64,000 nt of DNA from Rubripirellula sp. (GCA_965216875.1 OZ244207.1:3776001-3840000), one strand, 5' to 3'; positions 11,297 through 21,772 are shown, counted from the stretch's first letter. A program made the numbers and translations. The notes: a model not told the origin generated them from the sequence alone.

Positions 11297-11824
11297 ATGG
11301 GTGTCTGCATTTACTACCGATCCTGCGAGCCGCTCCATCCGGCGGCCGCTTACGATATCAACCAGCATGTTGATCGGTTGCTTGAACGCTATACCTGGAA
11401 TAGCTGCGAACCGGTGTTGCTGCGGCATTTCCCTGATGGCCACCTTGGCGGGGCGAGCAAGCCCAACTTTGACGAAGACGAGTTTCGTTTCGATGAAGAA
11501 ATGGGTGGCTTGCCCGACGGCAACGTGATGACGCTCGTCGAAGTTCTTTGCGAGTTGTCACGTGATCACGAGGTCGATTGGGATATCGGCGACGACTACA
11601 GTCCCAAACCGATTGGATGCATTCGCAATGGTGTCGCTGATCTCGACTTGATGGAACAACTCGAAACCCTCGACTTGATCGGCGATCTCTTGGAATCCGA
11701 AACCATCGCCCTTGAGGAAGACGACCAGGTTTGGAGCGACGAAGCAATCCGCGATCACGAACTCTCGTGTGACGACGACAACGACGAAGGTCCGCGGTTG
11801 CTCAAATTTCCGAAGCCGGATTGA
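11297..11824 (+). CDS. Acidic hypothetical protein
   Basis: 175-aa ORF with GGAG upstream, protein-like composition. Confidence 0.7.
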   Translation: MGVCIYYRSCEPLHPAAAYDINQHVDRLLERYTWNSCEPVLLRHFPDGHLGGASKPNFDEDEFRFDEEMGGLPDGNVMTLVEVLCELSRDHEVDWDIGDDYSPKPIGCIRNGVADLDLMEQLETLDLIGDLLESETIALEEDDQVWSDEAIRDHELSCDDDNDEGPRLLKFPKPD

Positions 11825-11836
11825 AGCATCAAAAGC

Positions 11837-11923
11837 GTAGGTCATGCTCCGCATGACAAGCATTGTCTGTGTAGGTCATGCTCCGCATGACATTCGCTGG
11901 GTGTCATGCGGAGCATGACCTAC
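11837..11923. repeat. REP triplet GTAGGTCATGCTCCGCATGAC (two direct copies, one inverted)
   Basis: Directly visible; related inverted copy at about 28124-28146. Confidence 0.85.
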
Positions 11924-11924
11924 T

Positions 11925-12428
11925 TCAGTGTTCGCCGAACTCGAACTTTGACGAGCCACGTGCGCCGTTTGGCAATTGGCCGCGCACGATGATTTCTTCG
12001 GGCGGGTACTTTGACGGGTCGTAGCGTTGACTGCTGCGTTTGTCAGTGAAAACGCGCAGCGGCATCACCAGATCCGTTTCTACTTCGAGTGGCGTTTCGG
12101 TGAACATCAAGTACTGGCCATTGATCTCGATCGCCAGTCTTCCGATTTCGTGATCCGCTTCGTTGGTAATCACCACCACTTCGGTGACCACGGCCCCCTG
12201 ACTGCCTGTCGTATCGACCGGTCGTTTGTCGAGCGACACGGCGACTGGCAAATCAGGACCACCGACCGCGGGCGGGAAGGACTGATAGACCAACAAGCCC
12301 GCAATCACCATCGCAAGCAGACTGAAGACAAGCCCTCGTCGAGAGAGTTGCAACGTGGGCGCAATATTGGGAGGCTGGGTCTGTTCGTTTGGCGAGTCGT
12401 CCATTTTGCCATCGTATCGCGTCGACAA
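11925..12428 (-). CDS. Membrane-anchored hypothetical protein
   Basis: Single N-terminal TM helix followed by a beta-rich domain. Confidence 0.7.
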   Translation of the reverse strand: MSTRYDGKMDDSPNEQTQPPNIAPTLQLSRRGLVFSLLAMVIAGLLVYQSFPPAVGGPDLPVAVSLDKRPVDTTGSQGAVVTEVVVITNEADHEIGRLAIEINGQYLMFTETPLEVETDLVMPLRVFTDKRSSQRYDPSKYPPEEIIVRGQLPNGARGSSKFEFGEH

Positions 12429-12462
12429 GACGGCAAGAAGGAGGCCTCAAAACGCTCGGACT

Positions 12463-13299
12463 TCAGCCCGACTCAAGACGCTTGGCGATTTCCGCGATCG
12501 CCTCGGCGGCGCCGGCCATAAGCGAAATGCCTTGATTGAGAACGTACTCGCGCGGGTTGACTCGAATCAACGTATCGCTGGCTCCGCGAGTCTGGCGTTC
12601 CATCTCGTAACGCACCGTCGGGACGGCCGTGCCGGCACCAAACTCAATGGCCACCATGCGTGTGCCGGGTTCAAAATCGACCAACCAACGCGAGTAGCGA
12701 TCCGTTTGGCGACGCGTTCGGTCTTCTACCCAATGCGCGTCCCCAAACATCAAGACATTCGGGCGAGCGAGACCTCCGCAGTACTTGCACTCGGGCAAGG
12801 GTTCCGCCGCGCGAAAGGTCGCTTCGTCAATCACGACGTCCGTCTCGTTTGCCTCCCAAATCTCGTCGCAACAAGGTTCGGCACACTGCAAGTGATTGAT
12901 CGAACCATGGCATTCCACCACTTGGTCGTCGCGAAAACCGCTGCGTTGGAAATGCCCGTCAACGTTGCTGGTGAAAACGTGACAGCCCAAGCGGCGTTGG
13001 CCGGCAATCTGAAGGAGTTGGGCGAAGCCAGCGTGCGGCTGAGTTGCGTTGTAGAGATTCATTCGGTGACCGTAAAACCCCCACGCCAAAGTTGGGTCAC
13101 GGACAAACCAAACGGGATCTGCCATTTCGTGAAACGACAAACCCAACTTTTCCATCGGCGGGTACGCGCGCCAAAACCCTTTGTCGCCGCGAAAATCGGG
13201 AAGCCCCGAATCGACTCCCATTCCCGCGCCAGCCCCAATCAACAACGCATCGCAATTCGCAATCGCCTCGGCGGCCGCATCGCATTTTTCAGGTTTCAT
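12463..13299 (-). CDS. Sir2/CobB-family NAD-dependent deacylase
   Basis: GAGAGMGVDSGLPDFRG, TSNVDGHF, ECHGS, CxxC pair, RPNVLMFGD. Confidence 0.9.
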   Translation of the reverse strand: MKPEKCDAAAEAIANCDALLIGAGAGMGVDSGLPDFRGDKGFWRAYPPMEKLGLSFHEMADPVWFVRDPTLAWGFYGHRMNLYNATQPHAGFAQLLQIAGQRRLGCHVFTSNVDGHFQRSGFRDDQVVECHGSINHLQCAEPCCDEIWEANETDVVIDEATFRAAEPLPECKYCGGLARPNVLMFGDAHWVEDRTRRQTDRYSRWLVDFEPGTRMVAIEFGAGTAVPTVRYEMERQTRGASDTLIRVNPREYVLNQGISLMAGAAEAIAEIAKRLESG

Positions 13300-13441
13300 G
13301 TTCGCAGAGTATGTGAGGTGGCAGTGTTTTTGTGGTGCCTGTCGTTCGCAGTACCGCGGCCTAGCCGGAATCTTGTGCCGCTTCCGCCTAAAGGCGGGAC
13401 TACGAACATGAACGCGTTGTTTCTGGCGTCGGTTGAATGAA

Positions 13442-14491
13442 CTAGGACGGCAGGCTGATGCGTTGGACGCGATGATTGTTGCTGTCCAAAACGTGAACGC
13501 GATCATTGGAATCGACAACAATTCCCCAAGGTTGGTTCAGTTGCCCCGGTTCAAAACCTGGGCCACCCCAACTTGCGATGAACTCCCCTTCTGGCGAGAG
13601 ACGCTGAACGCGTTGGTTCTTGTACTCAATCACCAGGACGGTGTCGTCGCCCGCGATCGCAAGGTCATAGGGATAGAAGAACTCGCCCGGCTTCTCCCCT
13701 TGCTTGCCCCAAATATCGATCAACTCGGGAGTCTCGGGGCGAATGTCATAGCGTTGGATTCGATGGTTGCAGGCATCCACGGCCCAAAGGACGTCTCCGC
13801 GAACGACCAAACTTTGTGGGCGAACGAATTTGCCTGGCTCTCGTCCCGTCCCACCCCATTGCGTCAAGAAGTTGCCGTCAGGATCAAACTTCTGGATGCG
13901 ATCCGAGTCACCGTATTCGCCAATGTAGAAGCAGCCGTGGCGATCACAGACCGCATCGGTGACGAAGGCGAACTCGCCGGGTGAATGTCCCGCTGTCCCA
14001 CCAATTTGCTCGCCTTCCTGGAGTTCGCCATCGATGGTGTAGGAAAGCATCCGGTAGTAGTGGGTGTCGGCAACCAACACCCTTGGCTCGCCCGCTTCCT
14101 GTGGCACGACCGCTAGCCCCGTCGGTCGTCCGTTCTTGGTTTGCGGTGTCGACCAAACCCTCAAAAAGTTGCCATCACCATCAAAGACTTGAATGCGTCC
14201 GGTGGTGTCAACGATGTACATGTCGTCGTTGGAATCGATGGTGATCGCGCGGGGCTTGAGGAACCGACCGTCGCTAAAACCTCGGCGTCCCCAAACCAGA
14301 TCAGGGCGACTTCCCAGTCCAACGGGGACGCATCCCGTCGAAAGGGCGCAGGCAGCGGCCATCAAACCGCCCGTCGCCTTTAGAAATCCGCGGCGCGGCA
14401 CGTCGCTCTCGGCAATGCGGTTGGTTGCATCCGCTTGCAGGTTGCCCAATTTGTCGTGCGGCCGGCCCATTTGGCCTCCTTGTGAACACAA
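13442..14491 (-). CDS. NHL-repeat beta-propeller protein with Tat signal and probable lipobox
   Basis: RRGFLK Tat motif, LSTGC, repeated G-x-F-x-x-P...D-x-x-N-x-R-I-Q units. Confidence 0.85.
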   Translation of the reverse strand: MCSQGGQMGRPHDKLGNLQADATNRIAESDVPRRGFLKATGGLMAAACALSTGCVPVGLGSRPDLVWGRRGFSDGRFLKPRAITIDSNDDMYIVDTTGRIQVFDGDGNFLRVWSTPQTKNGRPTGLAVVPQEAGEPRVLVADTHYYRMLSYTIDGELQEGEQIGGTAGHSPGEFAFVTDAVCDRHGCFYIGEYGDSDRIQKFDPDGNFLTQWGGTGREPGKFVRPQSLVVRGDVLWAVDACNHRIQRYDIRPETPELIDIWGKQGEKPGEFFYPYDLAIAGDDTVLVIEYKNQRVQRLSPEGEFIASWGGPGFEPGQLNQPWGIVVDSNDRVHVLDSNNHRVQRISLPS

Positions 14492-14553
14492 ATCTTTCGT
14501 TCGTACAATGAGGACTTTTCATTTTACCGTCTCATCGATCCCCTTTTTCGTCC

Positions 14554-15687
14554 ATGCCCAAGATTCTTGACCTTCAGGCGACGGACGATCCGCGCGATAT
14601 CATCCACCGAACCGTCCAAGCATTGGTCGAAGGCCAGGTGGTTGGATTGCCGACCGATACCGTTTACGGACTCGCTGCCTCCGCACTTTCCGCATCAGCG
14701 GTCGAACGCCTGTGCGAAATCAAACACCGCCTCGATGCTCCGTTGGCCATCTCGGTGGGCAGTCGCGAGGCGGCGGCCGACTTTTGCTGCAATTTTCCGC
14801 TACCGGCTCGACGGCTGAGCTATCGATGCTGGCCAGGCCCGCTGACGATGGTGCTGCCGTGTGACATGGAACAATCGGCAGCCGGCCAGTTGCCCGAATC
14901 GGTCCAAAAACGAATCACGGGCGATCACGACTGCATCGGTTTTCGAGTGGTCGACCACCGTGTTTTGTCACACATTCATCGCTTTTTGTCGGCTCCGTTG
15001 GTGCTTACCAGCGCCAACCTCAGCGGCACCCCAGCCCCGACGACAGCCCCTCCGGTGGCAGAACAATTGGGCGATTCTCTGCCTCTGCTGCTCGATGACG
15101 GCCCAACTCGCTATGGTGGAGCATCGACGGTTGCCCGAATCATCGGCAATCGTCTGGAAGTCTTGCGTGAAGGGGTGATCGAGAAGGCCGCCATGAACCA
15201 GTTCATCAAACCAGTGATCGCGGTCGTCTGCACTGGCAATACCTGCCGCAGCCCAATGGCCGAAACGCTGCTGCGCGAACAGATTCGTGTGCGTTTGGGC
15301 CGTGAAGATGCCGTGCGCGTTTTGTCGGCCGGCGTTGCGGCCATGTCGGGTTCGGGCGCAAGCCCACAAGCGGTTGAAGTGATGGGGCGCCGAGGATTGG
15401 ACCTCACCGGACACGCGAGTCGTCCGCTTGACGACGCTGTGATGAATGTCGCCGATTTGATTTTGACGATGACCCGCGGGCATCGTGCCGCAATTTTGGC
15501 AGCGTGGCCCGACATGCACGATCGCGTTTTTACGCTTCGTCGTGATGGCGGAGACATTACCGATCCTGTTGGGATGCCGGTCGAGGTCTATCAGGAATGT
15601 GCTGATCAGATCGATGGCGAACTGAAAGATTGGCTCGACTCCCTCGGCGACGATTTTTTCCCTGATTCCACCTCGGACCAGGCGTGA
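14554..15687 (+). CDS. TsaC/Sua5 (YrdC) domain fused to a low-molecular-weight protein phosphatase (YwlE-like)
   Basis: PTDTVYGL, K-x-R, WPGPLT, TSANLSG, then VCTGNTCRSPMAE and DITDPVG. Confidence 0.88.
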   Translation: MPKILDLQATDDPRDIIHRTVQALVEGQVVGLPTDTVYGLAASALSASAVERLCEIKHRLDAPLAISVGSREAAADFCCNFPLPARRLSYRCWPGPLTMVLPCDMEQSAAGQLPESVQKRITGDHDCIGFRVVDHRVLSHIHRFLSAPLVLTSANLSGTPAPTTAPPVAEQLGDSLPLLLDDGPTRYGGASTVARIIGNRLEVLREGVIEKAAMNQFIKPVIAVVCTGNTCRSPMAETLLREQIRVRLGREDAVRVLSAGVAAMSGSGASPQAVEVMGRRGLDLTGHASRPLDDAVMNVADLILTMTRGHRAAILAAWPDMHDRVFTLRRDGGDITDPVGMPVEVYQECADQIDGELKDWLDSLGDDFFPDSTSDQA

Positions 15688-15696
15688 GGTGACAAC

Positions 15697-16155
15697 ATGA
15701 TGACCATTTCCATCGCCAGCGATCATCGCGGCGTCCACATCAAAGCTCGCTTGATCCAAGCGCTCACTGCAGCCGGGTTCACGGTCCTCGATGAAGGCAC
15801 CGATTCAGAAACCGCGGTCGACTACCCCGATTTTGCCAAACAAGTCGCCAAGAAGGTCAGCGATGGTTCAGCCGATCGCGGGATTTTGATCTGCGGTACG
15901 GGAATCGGGATGGCGATCGCAGCGAACAAATTCCCTGGCGTTCGCGCAGCACCCTGTTACGACGAAGTCATGGTCGAAATGAGTCGTCGTCACAATAACG
16001 TCAACATCCTTTGCCTTCCCGGTGACATGATTGGCGAACGTCCCATCGACGACCTCGTCTTGATGTGGCTGAACACCGATTTCGAAGGTGGTCGCCACGA
16101 GTCGCGGCTTGAAAAAATCGCTGCCCTCGAAAAAGCTCAACCCGTCGATCAATAA
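15697..16155 (+). CDS. rpiB: Ribose-5-phosphate isomerase B
   Basis: ASDHRG, DYPD, LICGTGIGMAIAANKFPGVRAA, RRHNNVN, FEGGRH. Confidence 0.95.
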   Translation: MMTISIASDHRGVHIKARLIQALTAAGFTVLDEGTDSETAVDYPDFAKQVAKKVSDGSADRGILICGTGIGMAIAANKFPGVRAAPCYDEVMVEMSRRHNNVNILCLPGDMIGERPIDDLVLMWLNTDFEGGRHESRLEKIAALEKAQPVDQ

Positions 16156-16196
16156 GCGGATCGATTTGCAACGAGTCGACTGCAGAAGAAAGAAGG

Positions 16197-17246
16197 GTGA
16201 TGTCAGAGCCAGCGCCAAAGCGAACGGTTGATTGGGATTCGTTGATTGGACACGAATCGATCAAGCGCTGGTTGGCCGCCGCAATTACCAAAGGTCGCTT
16301 GGGTGGCTGTTTTCTGCTGGTGGGTCATCCAGGCGTGGGGAAGCGGACGGTTGCTAACTTGCTCGCGCGGACGCTGCTATGCCGCACAAGCGATCCGTCG
16401 ACAATGAGTCCCTGTGGAACGTGTTCGGCATGTGTTCAGGTCGTCGCCGGAACGCATCCCGACATGATTCGAGTCAGCAAACCTGCCGACAAATCAACCA
16501 TTCCGCTCGACCTGCTCATCGGTCCCAAAGACGCTCGCATGCAAGAGGGTTTGTGCCGAGACATTCGACTTCGCCCCATCGCGGGCACTCGCAAGATCGC
16601 GATCATCGAAGACGCCGACTTCTTGAACGAGGAAGGCGCAAACTGCCTGTTGAAAACGCTCGAAGAACCACCCGAGGGCGCACTGATCCTGCTGATCGGG
16701 ACCAGCGAACAGCGACAATTACCAACGATTCGATCGCGTTGCCAAACCTTGCGATTTGCTTCACCGAGCGGCGATTTGGCAGTGCGATTCCTCAAAGAGA
16801 TTCACGGTATCGAAGCGGACGAAGCGCAAATCGCTGACGCCGTCGACACCTCGGGCGGTGACATGCACATCGCGGTCCGTTTGCTCAGCGGCGAAGCGGA
16901 TGAGCTCCGCAGTTCTTTGCAGGCTCAGCTTTCGGCGCCTGCCCCCGACCCGGTTGCGATCAGTCGATTGATCACCAAGCACGTCGATGAAGCTGGAAAA
17001 GAAGCAAGCAAGCGCCGCGGCGCGATGCGTGATGTCTTTTCGATGGCGATCCAACACTACCGAAGCTTGTTGCGAACGGACGCCTCAAACCAAGTCTCCG
17101 ATTCAAAAACCATCGCCCGGCTCGACCGAAGTGTTCGAGCCATGCGAGAGATCGATCGTAGCGCCAACCAATCGACATTGATCGAATGCTATGCCGCCGA
17201 CATCGCTGCTGGCATGACCGGCGACCGCGGCGACATCGGTTCGTAA
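16197..17246 (+). CDS. holB: DNA polymerase III delta' subunit
   Basis: GHPGVGKR, Zn-binding CGTCSAC, HPD, ANCLLKTLEEPP, LPTIRSRCQ. Confidence 0.9.
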   Translation: MMSEPAPKRTVDWDSLIGHESIKRWLAAAITKGRLGGCFLLVGHPGVGKRTVANLLARTLLCRTSDPSTMSPCGTCSACVQVVAGTHPDMIRVSKPADKSTIPLDLLIGPKDARMQEGLCRDIRLRPIAGTRKIAIIEDADFLNEEGANCLLKTLEEPPEGALILLIGTSEQRQLPTIRSRCQTLRFASPSGDLAVRFLKEIHGIEADEAQIADAVDTSGGDMHIAVRLLSGEADELRSSLQAQLSAPAPDPVAISRLITKHVDEAGKEASKRRGAMRDVFSMAIQHYRSLLRTDASNQVSDSKTIARLDRSVRAMREIDRSANQSTLIECYAADIAAGMTGDRGDIGS

Positions 17247-17262
17247 ATCAAAAGGGGAGTGT

Positions 17263-17550
17263 CCGTAGTGGACGAGGCCACGAGTCCCTGCTGTTGACGA
17301 TTTGCGTCCCGCGGAAAGACCGTAGCTACCTTCGCCAGAAGGTGGTTTCCGCCCGTAGACCGCCCGCCACGATCACCACGCTCTGGCGAGCGTAGCTACG
17401 TCAAATCAAAGGCCCGATGCTAGCGCATACGGCTCACATAATCAGACCGCACCTACCTTCGCGCCCGTAGACCGCCCGCCACGATCACCACGCTCTGGCG
17501 AGCGTAGCTACGTCGAATCAAAGGCCCGATGCTGGCGCATGCGGCTCACT
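17263..17550. repeat. Composite REP cluster with an internal direct duplication
   Basis: CGTAGTGGACGAGGCCACGAGTCCC unit plus CGTAGCTAC-type units; GCCCGTAGACCGCCCGCCACGATCACCACGCTCTGGCGAGCGTAGCTACGTC occurs twice. Confidence 0.85.
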
Positions 17551-17558
17551 GGCGAGCA

Positions 17559-17885
17559 TCATTCCAGCGCTCGATCGAGAGCCTCGGCATAACGTTGCTG
17601 CTGCTGGTGTCCGAGCAGCGTTTCAACAACGATGCCGTTTCGAAAGATAAGGACGGTTGGCAGCCGTTGAACTCCATAGCGGTCGGCCAACTCGCGGTGC
17701 TGGTCAACATCTACCTTGGCAACGGTGGCTACCGATTCATATTGCTCGGCAAGTGAGTCGATGACTTGGCCAAGCAATCGGCAGGGCGGACACCATGGCG
17801 CCCAAAAATCGACCAGCACCGGGCGATCCGAATCGATCACCTGCTGCCGAAACGTGGCGTCGGTCAAATCAATCGTTTTGGCCAT
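17559..17885 (-). CDS. trxA: Thioredoxin
   Basis: VLVDFWAPWCPPC active site, LPT cis-Pro motif, 108 aa, GGGAG RBS. Confidence 0.92.
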   Translation of the reverse strand: MAKTIDLTDATFRQQVIDSDRPVLVDFWAPWCPPCRLLGQVIDSLAEQYESVATVAKVDVDQHRELADRYGVQRLPTVLIFRNGIVVETLLGHQQQQRYAEALDRALE

Positions 17886-17926
17886 CTATTTGCTCCCAGC
17901 TTGAGTGTTCTTTGGCGAAACCTGTT

Positions 17927-17942
17927 AGCAGGGGACGTGCCA
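17927..17942 (-). promoter_or_regulatory. Sigma54 (-24/-12) promoter for thioredoxin
   Basis: Minus strand TGGCACGTCCCCTGCT: GG-N10-GC, close to consensus TGGCACG-N4-TTGCW. Confidence 0.8.
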
Positions 17943-18088
17943 ACGACCAAAACAAAGCCGCAAACCGTTTCCCGACAGAGAGTTAGCACTCACGACGCGA
18001 CCGAAACCCCGGTCGCGAACTCTCGTGACTTGTTGAGGTTTCGCGAGGCAGTCGCGATATTTCGTTACATTCAAAGCAAAGCACTCAG

Positions 18089-19726
18089 GTGCCTTCCAAC
18101 CGCGCAATCATGGCCATGCCCCCCACAGACCAATGTCCGACCGACGTTTCGTTGTTGAAGCAGTTGCTGCTTGAAATGGCTCAACAGCAGTCGGTTGACC
18201 AGCTTCTTACTTTGGTCGTTGACCGACTCGCACAACTGCCCGATGCAGCACTGGTCCGCGTTTGGCTGGTCGGCCCCGATGACACGTGCGCGATCTGCAA
18301 AAGCGACGACGAAACCCCGAGTCATGACGAATGTTTGCACTTGGTCGCGAGCGAGGGCCGTTCACTTGCGGGCGAGCGTTGGAACCGACTTGATGGCGAT
18401 TTCCATCGCTTTCAAATCGGCGCCCGCAAGGTCGGAATGATCGCGTTGAACGCCCAGCCGATCGAGATCCCCGATACGGTTGCCGACCCCAACTGGATCG
18501 CCTTGCCCGAGTGGGCTGAAGAAGAAAAGATCCGCGCCTTCGGTGGACAACCTTTGATTCACCAAGGACGCGTTCTTGGCGTGTTGGCGGTCTTCACGCG
18601 TGCTTGTCTCGGCGAAGACAACCTGACGTGGATGCGGATGATCGCCGATCATTTGGCCGCCGCGATTTCGATGGCTCGTGCTTTCGAAGAAATCGACAAG
18701 CTTAAACAACAACTCGAACAAGAACGTGATTACCTGCGTGCTGAAGTGCTCCAGGCTCACGCCTTTGGCGAGATCGTCGGTCGCAGTCCCGCGCTGCAGA
18801 ACGTGTTGCAACAGATCGAACTGGTTGCCCCCACCGACGCCAGCGTGCTGGTGCTTGGCGAATCGGGTACTGGCAAAGAGTTGATCGCCCGAGAAATTCA
18901 TCGACGTAGTGAACGAAAGTCGCACCCGATGGTCAAAGTGAATTGCGCCTCGGTTCCGCGGGAGCTCTACGAGAGTGAGTTCTTTGGCCACGAGAAAGGC
19001 GCGTTCACCGGCGCGATCGACAAGCGGACAGGCCGTTTTGAACTCGCCGATGGCGGAACGCTCTTCCTTGACGAGGTGGGTGAAATCCCACTCGCACTCC
19101 AAAGCAAACTCTTGCGAGTGCTACAGGAAGGCGAGTTTGAACGTGTTGGCTCGGGCAAGACGCATCGAGTGGACGTTCGAATCGTTGCGGCAACCAACCG
19201 AGACTTGAAGGAAGAGGTCGCTGCTGGCCGCTTTCGAGAGGACCTCTACTATCGATTGAATGTCTTTCCCATCGAGATTGCGCCACTGCGAGAGCGTCGG
19301 GATGACATCGAATTGCTCGCCGCGCACTTTGTCACTGCCTGCTGCGAAAAGATGCGGCGACCGCATCCACGGATCACGCGTTCGGCCATCCAGCGGCTGA
19401 CCCGATACGGCTGGCCCGGGAACATTCGCGAGCTTCAAAATGTGATCGAGCGCGCCGTGATCACCAGTACGGGCGGCAAACTTGTTGTCGACCTTCCAGA
19501 TGCGGATGACTCGATCGAAGCGATGCCGAGTAGCGTTGTTGTCGAGGAGACCGCAGTGATTTCAGATGCCGATATGCGCCGCCGCGAACGTGACAACCTG
19601 TTGGCTGCCTTGAAAGAGGCATCGTGGAAAATCTCGGGCCCCGATGGAGCGGCCGCGATGCTCGGCATCAAGCCGACCACCTTGACCAGCCGCATGAAGA
19701 AGATGGGAATCAAACGACCAGTTTGA
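18089..19726 (+). CDS. Sigma54 enhancer-binding protein (GAF + AAA+ + Fis HTH; FhlA-like)
   Basis: [44 protein letters not shown]-terminal HTH. Confidence 0.93.
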   Translation: MPSNRAIMAMPPTDQCPTDVSLLKQLLLEMAQQQSVDQLLTLVVDRLAQLPDAALVRVWLVGPDDTCAICKSDDETPSHDECLHLVASEGRSLAGERWNRLDGDFHRFQIGARKVGMIALNAQPIEIPDTVADPNWIALPEWAEEEKIRAFGGQPLIHQGRVLGVLAVFTRACLGEDNLTWMRMIADHLAAAISMARAFEEIDKLKQQLEQERDYLRAEVLQAHAFGEIVGRSPALQNVLQQIELVAPTDASVLVLGESGTGKELIAREIHRRSERKSHPMVKVNCASVPRELYESEFFGHEKGAFTGAIDKRTGRFELADGGTLFLDEVGEIPLALQSKLLRVLQEGEFERVGSGKTHRVDVRIVAATNRDLKEEVAAGRFREDLYYRLNVFPIEIAPLRERRDDIELLAAHFVTACCEKMRRPHPRITRSAIQRLTRYGWPGNIRELQNVIERAVITSTGGKLVVDLPDADDSIEAMPSSVVVEETAVISDADMRRRERDNLLAALKEASWKISGPDGAAAMLGIKPTTLTSRMKKMGIKRPV

Positions 19727-19810
19727 AGTTCGCAGTTCATCGTTCGTTGTACCGGCTTCAGCTGGAATCTTCATCAAGTCCGCCCAAAGGCGGGACGCCA
19801 AACGAGCCGT

Positions 19811-20938
19811 TCAACGTGTTTCCTCGATCGCTTTTCTCACCGCGTTTTCGTCGATGCCACCAACCAAATCGACGTGGCCAATCTTGGTCGGCAAGATGAA
19901 GCGTAGTTTGCCGTGAGCCACCTTTTTGTCGCGCATCATGACCGGCAACATCTCATCGGCACTTGCGGGTTCAAAGGTGATGGGCAAGCGACATGCTTCA
20001 AGCAGCTTGGTTTGGCGATCCAGCAAGCCTGCGTCGCACATACCGAGGTCGATGGCAAGCCGAGCGGCCATTTGCATCCCGATCGAGATCGCTTCGCCGT
20101 GCAACAGCGTGCCGTAACCGGCAGTCGCTTCGATGGCGTGGCCGAAGGTGTGACCATAATTCAGGATCGCCCGACGTCCGCTCGTTTCACGCTCGTCGGC
20201 TCCGACGACACGCGCTTTGGACTCGCAGCTCTTTGCGATCGCGTGACGCATCGCCGCCTCGTCTCGATCGACCAAAGCGCCCGCGTTGACTTCAAGCCAG
20301 TCGAAGAACTCAGCATCATCGATCACGCCGTATTTGACCACTTCGGCCAAGCCACTGAGATAACTTCGATCGGGGAGCGTCGAAAGGACTTCGGTGCCGA
20401 TCAAGACCGCAGCGGGCTGCCAAAAGGCGCCCACCATGTTTTTTGCCCCGGGAAGGTTGATTCCTGTTTTGCCCCCCACACTGCTGTCGACCATCGCCAG
20501 CAGCGTCGTCGGAACTTGAACAAAGCGAATTCCGCGAGCAAACGAAGCAGCAACGTAGCCGGCCAAATCCCCAGCGACTCCGCCGCCAACGGCGAAGACC
20601 ACACTGCGCCGATCACCACCATGCTCAAGCACCCATTCGAGCAGCCGCTCGAATTCGGCCAGCGATTTAGAAGGTTCGCCCGATGGCACCGTGGTCGACG
20701 CGACACGGATGGCGTCTTGGCCGTGCTTCAACCCCGACAATGTTTTGCAAAGTTGGTTGGCCCACGGATCGGCAACCGCCTCGTCCGAAATCACTAACGC
20801 ATGCGACAAATCGTCCAGGCGATCCGCGATGACGTCGGTGGTACCAGCAAGTTGCCCCGTGATTTTGATCGGATAGCTACGATCACCAATCGGAACTAGG
20901 ACGATTTGGCTCGGGGACTCTTGAGTCGGTGATACCAT
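19811..20938 (-). CDS. aroB: 3-dehydroquinate synthase
   Basis: GEPSKS, GGGVAGDLAG, PTTLLAMVDSSVGGKTG, LNYGHTFGHAIE, HGEAI. Confidence 0.95.
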   Translation of the reverse strand: MVSPTQESPSQIVLVPIGDRSYPIKITGQLAGTTDVIADRLDDLSHALVISDEAVADPWANQLCKTLSGLKHGQDAIRVASTTVPSGEPSKSLAEFERLLEWVLEHGGDRRSVVFAVGGGVAGDLAGYVAASFARGIRFVQVPTTLLAMVDSSVGGKTGINLPGAKNMVGAFWQPAAVLIGTEVLSTLPDRSYLSGLAEVVKYGVIDDAEFFDWLEVNAGALVDRDEAAMRHAIAKSCESKARVVGADERETSGRRAILNYGHTFGHAIEATAGYGTLLHGEAISIGMQMAARLAIDLGMCDAGLLDRQTKLLEACRLPITFEPASADEMLPVMMRDKKVAHGKLRFILPTKIGHVDLVGGIDENAVRKAIEETR

Positions 20939-21077
20939 GAATTTGTACGAAGTGGGGTGAATGCGAAACCTGGGAAGTAAGCCATTGCTGGGATCGACCG
21001 CCGGGCGCGATTGACCGCGAGTGCGATCGACTATCAGGGGCTTGCTAGAAAATGTCAAACCTCTGACAACTTAGTCC

Positions 21078-21692
21078 ATGACCGACACATCCATCGAGAC
21101 GGCATCCGACGAACAAGGCTCGAAATTGGCCGACCACGCAGACAAGTACAACGACCCGCGAGCAAAGATCACGCGGCGAGGCGTGCTGATGGGGATCGGT
21201 GTCTTCGTTTTCGCAATGCTCGGGGCTGCCGCCAGCATTACCCTTCGCCGCACACAGGTTGGCGAAACGACCCGGTTTTGGGGCGAAGACACGATCGCGG
21301 CGCTGCGTCTGGGCGAACGGATCAAAATGAGCCCGCGACAAGGCCGAGAGTTCCCCGAAGTCGAGCTGACCGGAACGCCTGGTCTTGGGCATCTACGCCG
21401 CCTCCTTTTGGATGAGCGGAACTTTGATTGGGCGAGCGAAGCGAAGTCCACCGTGCTGGAGCAGGCGGCGGGAAGCGACCCCAAGTTTGTGGTGACGCTA
21501 ACGATCACCGACCCCACGATTCATCGTTTTGACGATGTCCACATCGACCTCGACCTCATCGGGGGCTGGGCGGGGCATCGCGATCAAGCGGCCACCGTGC
21601 AGGTCGCCGAGAGAAAACGGGAAAGCCTGAGACGTTTTCTCACACTGATCATGGACAAAGAAAAGAACCGCTACGACCTCCGCGCGGAGTGA
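21078..21692 (+). CDS. Membrane-anchored hypothetical protein
   Basis: 204 aa; TRRGVL followed by a hydrophobic helix. Confidence 0.7.
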   Translation: MTDTSIETASDEQGSKLADHADKYNDPRAKITRRGVLMGIGVFVFAMLGAAASITLRRTQVGETTRFWGEDTIAALRLGERIKMSPRQGREFPEVELTGTPGLGHLRRLLLDERNFDWASEAKSTVLEQAAGSDPKFVVTLTITDPTIHRFDDVHIDLDLIGGWAGHRDQAATVQVAERKRESLRRFLTLIMDKEKNRYDLRAE

Positions 21693-21695
21693 GGA

Positions 21696-21772
21696 GTAGC
21701 TACCTTCGCCAGAAGGTGGGAGGGTTGGGCAGGCCTTCTCCACCACCCCACGCTCTGGCGAGCGTAGCTACG
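21696..21772. repeat. Inverted REP pair (CGTAGCTAC family)
   Basis: GTAGCTACCTTCGCCAGAAGGTGG...CCACGCTCTGGCGAGCGTAGCTAC. Confidence 0.85.
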
